Of a stretch of 64,000 bases of DNA, positions 25,659 through 35,046 are shown piece after piece (position 1 is the first letter of the stretch; every line of letters starts with the position of its first letter). The stretch spans positions 6,574,001 through 6,638,000 of the forward strand of contig NC_045697.1 of assembly GCF_009834535.1 (NCBI RefSeq), read 5' to 3'. Source of the DNA: Camelus ferus (lineage: Eukaryota). Position numbers and translations under genes: made by a program. The notes below the pieces were generated by a model, which was not told the origin of the DNA, made no database searches, and saw only the letters and a program-made list of their open reading frames with translations.

Positions 25659-25854
25659 GTTTTTTGCTAAATAATACCACCATCCCCTTAGGTATTATAC
25701 CCAGAAATCTGAGTCATTTGAGACGCCTCTGTTTTACTCACCCTCAATCTATTAACAAGTCCCATTGAGGATCCCATCTTCAAAATATATCTTAAACTAT
25801 GTCTTAAACCCTGTCCAACCATCTTTTCTTGTTCCTCATTAAATTCAGCCTCCA

Positions 25855-26569
25855 GACAGTATGGAGGTTCCTAAAAAACTAAAAATAAACTTACTATATG
25901 ATCCAGCAATCCCACTCCTGGGCATATATCCAGAGAAAACAATAATTCAAAAAGACACATGCATCCCAGTGCTCATTGTGGCACTAGTTACAATAGCCAA
26001 AACATGGAAGCAACTTAAAGGTCCATTGACAGATGACTGGATAAAGAAGATGTGGAATATATATACAATGGAATATTACTCAGCCATAAAAAAGAACGAA
26101 TTAATGTCATTTGCTGTAATGGATGGACCTAGAGATTATCATATTAAGTGAAATAAATTAGACAGAGAAAGATATCACTTATATGTGTAATCTAAAGAAA
26201 AATGATACAAATTCTATTTATACCAAACCAAAACCAGACTCACAGACATAAAAACAAACTATGGTTACCAAAGGGGAAAGGGCAGGGGAGGTATAAATTA
26301 GGAGTTTGTGGTTAACAGATTCACATGACTATATATAAAATAGATGAACAATAAGGGCCTACTGTACAGCAAAAGGGATTATACTCAATTTCTTATAGTA
26401 ACATATAGTGGAAAAGAATCTAAATAGAAAGAAAAAGAAAATATATGTATATGTGTGTATACTTACAACTGAATTGCTTTGCTGTACACCTGAAACTAAC
26501 ATTGTAAATCAGCTACACGTCAATCAAAACTAAAATAAAGAAAAAGAATTAAAATAAAAAAGAGAAAAA
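25855..26569 (+). mobile_element. 5'-truncated L1 (ORF2 C-terminus + 3'UTR + A-rich tail) with TSD
   Basis: TSD AAATTCAGCCTCCA (25841-25854) / AAATTCATCCTCCA (26570-26583), at a TT/AAA endonuclease-type site. Confidence 0.95.
25861..26151 (+). pseudogene. L1 ORF2p C-terminal fragment (non-functional)
   Basis: YDPAIPLLGIYP...IAKTWKQ...WIKKMWNIYTMEYYSAIKKNE matches the L1 ORF2p C-terminal region; no EN or RT upstream. Confidence 0.9.
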
Positions 26570-26639
26570 AAATTCATCCTCCATTAATACTCCATTAATG
26601 GATGAGTATAAAAGCCTTGAACTGAAGTGATGCATTTTT

Positions 26640-27107
26640 TAATTTTTAATTTTATTTATTTTTAAATTAAGGTATATAGTTGTATGTTACAGGTGTACAA
26701 TATAGTGATTCACAATTGTTCAAGGTTATACTCCACTTGTAGTTATTATAAAATATTGGTTGTATTCTCTGGGTTGTACAATATGTCCTTGTTGTTTATT
26801 TTATACATAATAGTTTGTTCCTCTTAATCCCTTACCCCTATATTGCCCCTACCCCCTTCCCTCTCCCCACTGGTAACCACTAGTTTGTCCTCTACATCTA
26901 TGAGTTTATTTCTTTTTTGTTATATCTGCTAGTTTGTTATTTTTTTTTTAGATTCCATGTATAAGTGATATCATACACTATTTGTCTTTCTCTGTCTGAC
27001 TTATTTCACTTAGCATAATGCCCTCTAAATCCATCCATGTTGCTGCAAATAGCAAAACTTCATTCTTTTTTATTGCTGAGTAGTATTCCATTGTATAGAT
27101 ATACCAC
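26640..27107 (-). mobile_element. 5'-truncated L1 3' end (laurasiatherian/artiodactyl type) with TSD
   Basis: TSD ACTGAAGTGAT(G/A)CATTTTT at 26621-26639 and 27108-27126; T-rich tail at left; L1 3'UTR motifs GGTAACCACTAGTTTG and CTGACTTATTTCACTTAGCATAATG. Confidence 0.95.
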
Positions 27108-27954
27108 ACTGAAGTGATACATTTTTAACCTTGGATATAGTTACAGGTCTGGATGGCTCTAACTTTCCCCTTTCCCCTTTCTCAAAGGGGACTTTCAGCC
27201 ACAAATGACATACTTTCTGTTTTCTAGGTTTAGAAACAAGACCACCACTGAAATCAGTGTTTCCCAGTCTTCCAGCACCTTAAGATCTAAGGAAAAACAA
27301 TAACAACAATAAACAACCCCACATCTTACATGCTTCATGAGCTGGAACCTTACAACTGCCAAGGAGACTTTCCTAAATTCTCGGGCTTACACGATTATGA
27401 ACACCTCTAGTTCTCGACCCCTGAATATGTTTAATCATTTCAGTTTATGAATTATCTTGCCATCACATGCAGATTCAATTGTGGCATCAACTTGAGAATG
27501 AAATATAGTCCTTCCTTTAGCTTACACTCATGTGCACACACACAGCTTTTGTGTGTCTAGTGGACTTTACACCATAGTCTGATTATAGTTAGATAGGAGG
27601 ACTAGCATTACCTACCTCATGTCAATGAAAGCTTCAGCTAAAGTATTAGACATCTTTTCTCTTAAACACTTTCTGGCCACCCAACCATAGGTGATCTCTT
27701 ACTGGATGGTTCACAGCTCCTAGTCCTCTGCCCTCGAGCTATGAGGCTACCCATTCATTTATTCTCATGCTAGGGCAAGGCGGCACCGACAGGGGAGTGG
27801 GTGGGGTTAGCCACATCCTTTGTGTCTCACCTCCTGCTAACACCCAGTCCTAGACATTCTTTTTAACTTCAAATAGCTTATCAATATTACTTCAAAAGAA
27901 GATAGCTTCTTCCTAAAAGAAACCCTCATTCATGTGTTAAGATAATACATTATT

Positions 27955-28239
27955 ATAATTTTTTATTGAAGTACAGTCAGTTACAATGTGTCAATTTCTG
28001 GTGTACAGCATAATGTCCCAGTCATGCATATAAATACATATATTTGTTTTCATATTTGTTTTTATTAAAGATTATTACAAGATATTGAATATAGTTCCCT
28101 GTGCTATACAGAAGAAATTTGTTTTTTATCTATTTTTATATATAGTGGTTGACATTTGCAAATCTCAAACTTCCAAATTTACCCCTTCCCACCCCTTTCT
28201 ACTCATCTACAAAACAGAAACAGACTCACAGACATAGTA
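27955..28239 (-). mobile_element. Young L1 3' end with 5' inversion and TSD
   Basis: TSD AAGA(T/C)AATACATTATT at 27939-27954 and 28240-28255; 27955-28200 is antisense L1 and 28201-28239 is sense L1. Confidence 0.92.
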
Positions 28240-28602
28240 AAGACAATACATTATTGTTCTCTTTTAAAGAGATCTGAAGATTTCAGTTCAAGTTAAAGGT
28301 TTCTAATATTTGAGTTTGATATTCAGTTTACAGATATTTACTGAGAACTTCTCATGAGCTTGACAGCATTTCGTTGCCAAGGGCACAATAATTGTGTGCA
28401 AAACCCAGCAAGAATTCTGTCCTCCTAAAGTGTAGATTCTCCATATTTAGGAGTGTCATTTACTGTTCATGTGTAATTACAAAAAGAGAAGACTTTGCAG
28501 AGAGGAATTCAGTCTTATGATATCACATCACATGAGAATCTGACCCAGACTGAAGATCCAGAAAGACACCCACAGGAAGTGAGGGTGGAGGCGATTTTGA
28601 AG

Positions 28603-29431
28603 CAGTGGTGTGCAGGGCTGACAACTGGCTCTCTGGAAGAGGAGAGGAAGAGCCCGGTTGTGTAGCATTCACCAGTTTCCATGGTGTAAATGATTTCTGT
28701 ATGTCTGCTTTCAGGTTCTTGATGTGATGCATCTGAATGTGGAGTTGGAAAGACCACTGCAGTAACTGTCATCATACAGGTCATTTCTTAAGGTCATGTC
28801 TATCACATAGAATGACCTTAAGAACACAGATACTGTGTGATATTACTTATGTGTGAAATCTAAAAAAAGCTGAACTCATAAGAACAGAGTTGAATTGTGG
28901 TTGCCAGGGACTGGGGGTGGAGGAAATGGGGAGATGTTGTTCAAAGGGTACAAATTTCCAGTTTTAAGATGACTAAGTTCTGGGGAATCTAATGTACTGC
29001 GTGGTGATAATAACGATACTGTATTATATACCTGAAAATTGCTAAGAGAGCCTATCTTAAATGTTCTCATCACAAAAAAGGAATGGTGATTATGTGACAT
29101 GGTGAAGATACTAGCTAACACTCTGGTCGTAATCACATACAATATGTGTATCAAATCAACAGGTTGTGCACATTAAACTTACACAATGTTATATGCCAAT
29201 TAAATCTCAATAAATCTAGGAAAAAAGGACATAAACATTAGGCAGTATAGTAAAAGAATCAGGAAATGATGAATTTTGAGTATTTATTACCTTTGTTTTA
29301 ATATAATTTATTCATAAGTTTATGTAATTTTAAAAAATAATAATTCTGTTTAACAACCAGAAGGAACCAATCCTGGAAATGTAGTAGTCAACTCTTGTGG
29401 GTCCATGCAAGCTATATCCAACACAGCACTG
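28603..29431. mobile_element. MER63-type hAT-Blackjack element, split by an L1
   Basis: Terminal inverted repeats CAGTGGTGTG (28603) and CAACACAGCACTG (ends 29431); internal TTTCCATGGTGTAAAT...GGAGTTGGAAAG and TTTTGAGTATTTATTACC. Confidence 0.75.
28830..29227 (+). mobile_element. L1MA9-like 3'UTR inserted in MER63
   Basis: GGTTGCCAGGGACTGGGGG...CAAAGGGTACAAATTTCCAGTT...TTGCTAAGAGAG...AAACTTACACAATGTTATATG...TCTCAATAAA plus a short A tail. Confidence 0.9.
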
Positions 29432-30539
29432 AAGTTTGAGTGAATTTAACTAAACATGGGGAGTACACAGAGGTAGCAGTATGTGCAAAGGCTCTGTGGT
29501 GAGATTGAGCTTGGGGAGATCACTAAGGATTTTTGCTCCTCATCCTAATAGCAAGTGTAGCCCCCACAGGTTTACAAGCTATACTTGGGGAATACCAGCT
29601 GTGGGAGGAGTGGGTTTGCAGGGTTTTGGGGGTTGCCATTGTCACTGGAAGGTTTTGGCTGAAATTAGATAAACACCCAGAGAGAAGAATTCAAGCTCTG
29701 AGTGGGGACTATATGCCCTTTAAATCCCTTCCAACTCTGAAATGCCAAGACTATCAAAGAACAACTGAAGTTTTTTGAGGACTGATAGAAGAGGTGAGAA
29801 CTGATGAATTAAGAACCTGGAAATGGTATCTCCCACATTTTAAGTATGTATATATAAACATGCCAGCAACTTTAGGCAAAAAAAAAAAAGGACCTTATCT
29901 TTAAAATAAATAGCCACCGGAAGCAGAGTGAGTCAGGTGTTTTCGCTTTCTATCCCTGCCTCTTCATGGGCTCCTATTTTTGAAACATCACTTCCTTGAA
30001 GTGTCAGACAGTTGTATCTGTTAATATCTTTTTGCCAACATGATCCTAAAAAGGGTAATGTGAGTTATTTATGGCATCCCCTCTTGGTGGGAGTGAGTAG
30101 GGCAGTCAACACTGCAACATTTCATTTTAGGAAATTCCTTGTGCAAGAGATTTCAGAAGCACAACCCAAGATTCAGAAAAACTGATGAGTAGCCGAAAAA
30201 AAAATCTGCAAGAGGTCTCCCTTTTATTTATGGCTGTGGCTAAGTCCATGTCTTCTGTGAACATCCCCCTGTTCCTCCCTCCAGGTTTTAGCCACAGCTT
30301 CCATCTCCAGGTTCCTCTCCAGCATCTGCTCTACCCACCCCACCCCCGCCCCTTTCCATGACAGGAGCCCTGAAACCAGCACATTCCCCGTGTCTGCCTC
30401 TGCACCCTGTCCCACAGCACCACCCCTCCCACCCGCCCTGGGCACCATGCCCTTCAAGCCACTGCCACGCTGCACTCCAGACAATGTCCCACCTTCTCTG
30501 CTTTACTGTCCATAGTCAGTCTTGGCTGGGGGCAGCCTT

Positions 30540-30750
30540 AAGAAGAACTGCTTGGAAGACAATCAAATTCTTGCCTCATTCTGTATTAATTATGTGATAC
30601 TAGGTAAGTTAGGGGACTTCTCAGTGCCTCAGTTTTCTTATCCATAAAATGAGGAATAGAATATTCATTTCCCCCCCCACTAGGCTAGGTATAGAGGAAG
30701 TGGGTATATCAAAATTCCTAGCCCAATCAATGAATGATAACATGTCACCT
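30540..30750 (+). mobile_element. MIR SINE
   Basis: TGTGATACTAGGTAAGTTA...TCTCAGTGCCTCAGTTTTCTTATCCATAAAATGAGG. Confidence 0.75.
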
Positions 30751-31199
30751 TCTATGATTATTATTTTTACCTGCTGCCTGCCCTGCTCTGCATCTATGTG
30801 TTTTCCAAAGACCCATTAATGTGCTCATCCATTCAAGGTGTCTGCTTTGTGCCAGGTGCGGTGCTGTCCCTTGCTGGTCCCATAATTTATAGGGTTTATT
30901 TATCTGATGCCTGTTATATTTTATCCAGAGATGCTTTTATCACTTTTCAGAAAACATTAGCCCTATGTTAATGCCAAGTTAACAGACCTACCAGAGAATG
31001 AATGGAGGAGACCGTGGACCCAGAGAGCTGACGTTCCTGTGTGTCCACCCCATATCTGTGCCATTCTCTTAAGCAGTCATTTCTGAATACATGTTGCCTG
31101 TTACTTCCTTAAAGTGCATTTTAAAAGTTAAGTCTATGGCTTTTTACAACGATCCCATTAGGTAAACATACTCTTCTCATTTTTCTTTTCAGGAGTGCT

Positions 31200-31450
31200 A
31201 ATAAGGAAAGGAGACAGACTACTACTCAACGAGCATCCACCATATGCCTGCACCACAGTGGGATTCTCCAGGCATTATCTCATTTCCTTCCGACAACAAC
31301 CATGTGGAGAGACATCCTTCACCCGGTTTTGTCATTGAGTTAGAGAAACTTGAGAGTGATTAAGGATATTGCCCCCAATTCCACGACTTGCAAAGCTTGA
31401 ACCTGGGCTGCCTGACGCCAAAGCCTGACCATCTTCCCACCTGCAATGCT
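31200..31450 (-). mobile_element. MIR SINE
   Basis: CATTATCTCATTT...ACAACCATGTGGAG...TTGAACCTGGGCTGCCTGACGCCAAAGCC. Confidence 0.7.
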
Positions 31451-32559
31451 ATCAGTCTACCAATAATCTTACAGTTCTACCATTCTGGATTTGAACCAAT
31501 ACTTACCACCTCTTCGAACATGACAGCAAAAGCAAAAGCATTGTCCCGTCAGCTGAGGGACTCCTGACATCCCTCAGCTCAGTCTTTCCCTCTTCTTTAT
31601 TCCAGTTCTCTACCATGGGGGCCAGTTTTTTGACAATTCTTTTCATAGTCTAGGGAAGCTTAGCCAAAGGAAAATTTAATGGACTTACCATGGACGGCAC
31701 CGAGATTTAGCCAGAGACACAGCTAAACAACTTGCAGCTGCATTCACTCTGAGTCTTCTAGATTATGGCCAAATCCCAGCTGCCATAACAAACAGAAGCA
31801 CCGGATTTTCTCCACCATCAAAATGTTTTGTGTCAGGGCTTGTTCGGAAATCTCTTCCCTTTCTGGACCCCAGTGTGAGGATCTTGCTCTATAAGTATCT
31901 TGGTCTATCTGATGGGTGCAGTGGTCAAGGGGAACCAAATCAGGTCGAAGTCCCTGGTAGTTACTCACAAGGACACGCAGTTGCTGGCAGGAGCCCGGAG
32001 TCTGCTGGCTCTGGGACAAAGCAGGTGAGCAGAGCTGAGGAGGGGCCACAAGCCTGACTCACACCTGCTGTTGACGTCAAACATTTGCCTGTCCCCGTGG
32101 TGCTCTTTCCTTATGTTCACAAAGGCTAAGCTCAGGGAACTTGTCTCTCCCTCCCCTAGATCAGGAATCTTCCTTCCTAGAGTAAAGTAGGGAATGCGCC
32201 ATTTCTTTTCTTTCCCTAATTTTCAGGATTCTATGTAAAATCTGGATGCTGATCTTTTGTTATGTACATTTCAAATATCTTCTCCCAGGATGAGGCTTGC
32301 CTTCTGGGTCATGGAATCTTTTGATCAACAGAGGTTCATCTTCCATTTCATATTGATTAGTGGTAGATGCCTGGAGCATCACTTTACAAAGGGTTTTGAG
32401 ACAATGGGCAGCTCAGTCGGAAAGCGCACCACGATCTATTAAGGATGTCTGACAATCATGCGGGCCCCCAGGACTGTCATTTTTATACCCTGGAATAAGC
32501 TACCAAACAGTCAAATGGATTTCAGTTCACACTTCTATCAACGTACCCACTGCATGGAA

Positions 32560-33050
32560 CTCTGGGGACAGGTGAATGGAAAGACAAATATTCATGGAAG
32601 GAGCAGGGGTTGTACAGACTGTCAGTAGATAGTAGAGACACACATTCTCTTTCTCAAGGAGACAGGCAGATTTCACCCTTTTCGAGGAAGTGGCATGTGC
32701 TCTAGTTTTGAAGGTTGAATAGAAGTTTACCAAGCAGGGAAAAGAATATCTCAAGACATGTAAATGGGGAGTGGGGTGAACAGAACGGTGTGTTCAGGGA
32801 AGTCTGAGCTGTTTGGTGGTTGGTCCTGTGTCATCACATGTGTAGCAGGAGATGGTGAGAGATGAGGCTGGGTGGATGTCAGGGGTTCACGTCATCATCG
32901 TGGACACACTCTGCATGTTAAGAAGTTGAGACTTTATTCAGCAGGTTGTAGGGTGTCATTTCCTGGTGCATATTTTAGTTAGTAGCCGGGTAAAACTGTG
33001 TAAGATGATAAAATAAGGCTTGAGTGGAAGAATAAGAGACACATGAAAAC
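32560..33050 (-). mobile_element. L2 LINE fragment
   Basis: TTTTGAAGGTTGAATAGAAGTTTACCAAGCAG...GAGATGAGGCTGG...CATGTTAAGAAGTTGAGACTTTATTC. Confidence 0.7.
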
Positions 33051-33799
33051 AGGCCATGCCTACCAGTTAGCAGGTGGTAAGAAGGGAGCATCAGCTAGGT
33101 CTTACATCAGGGAGGTGGCCTCAAGCTTCATATCTGGTTTTAGCAGAAACTTCTACCTGAGGATAGAAAGGAAGCCATGGAAGAGGAAGTTTAGGGCTTC
33201 GTCTTTGAAAAATTGCGGCTAATGAGAGTAAAGGGCAATTAATAGGGACGTGGACCCAGGGGTTGGGTAGAAATCTAGTTATCAACCTTGGAGTACAGAG
33301 ACAGAAAGAGACGAGGGCTTGGGACTGGTGCTGTGCTGTCATGTGGGCAGTTGGGCTTGTGGGTGACAAGGAGGCTCTATTTCCAGAGCCCATGCAGAAG
33401 GTCAGATGCTACCAGAGCAAAGCTGAGTTGACACTCAGAACTTTCAGCTCATGTGTTGCCTGTAGCCTTGGCAGAGCAGAGGGGCACAGGCTTATCACTT
33501 CAGAGGACTGGGCCTAAATCCCCTCCAGTGTCTACAAGATCTTGAACAAAGCTGGCTCCCCTGTGAGAGGCAGCGCATCCCTCCCATGCCAAACAAGATC
33601 AGTGCAGTGGTGAGCAAAGACGGCAGGACCATCCTCCTTGCTGCAGGGAGGGCACTCAGGCTTGTCTTCTCAGTTTCTGCTGGCTTCCTGCCCTCTGCCT
33701 CTTCCTCCTCCCCACAGCCAGCCCTTCTAGGATTGAACCAGGAAGGAGGGATGTGGGCACTTCCAGAACCACTTCTAGACACACCAATCTTGTGAGCCA

Positions 33800-34070
33800 G
33801 GCTCTGAGCTCTGGTTTTGATGAACCCAGTGTCAGTTTGACATCCCCTGTGTATGCTTCAGTTCTCACCAGAAAGGGCTTAAATGTGGCCCAGCTGAGTG
33901 ACCTAGGTCACACGTAGGAATTCTCTGAGCTCCCACTTCCTCATCTGCAAAGCAGAGAGAATAATCTCACCTCCGTGCAGTTGATAGGAGGTTTTCTTAG
34001 GCGTGTTGGTGAAATGCCCACACGACACATTAAACAGCTTTGCCAAGTGCTCCGCATGTGTGACGGTCAC
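33800..34070 (+). mobile_element. MIR SINE
   Basis: TCTCTGAGCTCCCACTTCCTCATCTGCAAAG...ATAATCTCACCTC. Confidence 0.65.
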
Positions 34071-34541
34071 CATGACAGTCATGACAGTGATCACGGTGTG
34101 TGACGGCCTCTTGTGCCCCGTGTCACACCTTGGTGGTCTTACCAGGCCACTTGCTCCAGGGAGAGAAGAGCAGGTGTGTGTGGGTTTGAGAAGGAGCAGG
34201 GCACAAACATATAAATAGAGTGTGAGGCAGAACAGAAGGAGAAACCCAGCTAGAGAGAGAGAGACGCCAAATCAGGTAGGTTTTAATTTAAATATTCAGT
34301 GGCTTCTTTGTGGCTTCAGGAGAAAGGCAATTATATGGTATTATACAAAGATAGTACGTAGAGGAAGAGTATGCAAATACAGGGCCTATTAGAGGGACCT
34401 TGGACCAGCCCAGTAGTCCATTTCATGACATCTGAGACCTTCCATGTTTGGGCAGGAAGGATAGACGGTCCTTTCCCCTTCTCCAGGGCTGTCTTTCTTT
34501 ACCTCTCTCTTTGTCTCTGTAGAGATCGTCAAGTTTTCACG

Positions 34542-35046
34542 TGTTGACTGAAATAAAACACACAACCTAAAAGCTGAGATTCATGTTTTATTCGGTGGAC
34601 ATTTCTGAGGACTTTAGTGCTAGATGACAGCCTCTCAGATGGCTCTGAGGGACTGCGCCAAAGTGGCAAGGCAGAAGCCAGTATATGAGTTTTTGTAACA
34701 AAGACCAGGTAGTCAGAATATCAAAAGATTATTGTTAAAAAAAGATCAGGTAGCTCAAGTTAAGGAATTTAGCACATTTCTATGTATGGGAAGGTGCAAA
34801 GGTCTGGGCTCATTGAAATCATTCCTTTGATATGCACCTAGTTATGTAGGGCCAGTATCTTGTTCTTTCCCATCCTGAGTTCCCTCAGGGGGCAACGTTG
34901 GGGGTGGCTGCAGACACAGGGCTGCCTGCTAGTCTGCATCCTGTGTTCCCACCTTTCACTGTTGGGGGTAGCGGGTAATGGCTGATGATTTGATGGCCAC
35001 AGCATTCTTTGTTTACTGATGAGGCTCACTGTATTTTTTGTTCACA
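34542..35046 (-). mobile_element. ERV1 solo LTR, artiodactyl MER41-like, inserted in an L2 relic
   Basis: TG...CA termini (TGTTGACTGAAA...TTGTTCACA); minus-strand AATAAA near 34587; CAGCCTCTCAGATGGCTCTGAGGGACTG and GGGCTCATTGAAATCATTCCTTTGATATGCACC resemble artiodactyl MER41 LTRs; L2-like sequence on both sides. Confidence 0.8.

Noticed and set aside
31551..31579. 10-bp hairpin AGCTGAGGGA...TCCCTCAGCT as a structured RNA or terminator
   Set aside because: Too short for a pre-miRNA, no U-tract, and plausible by chance in 64 kb.
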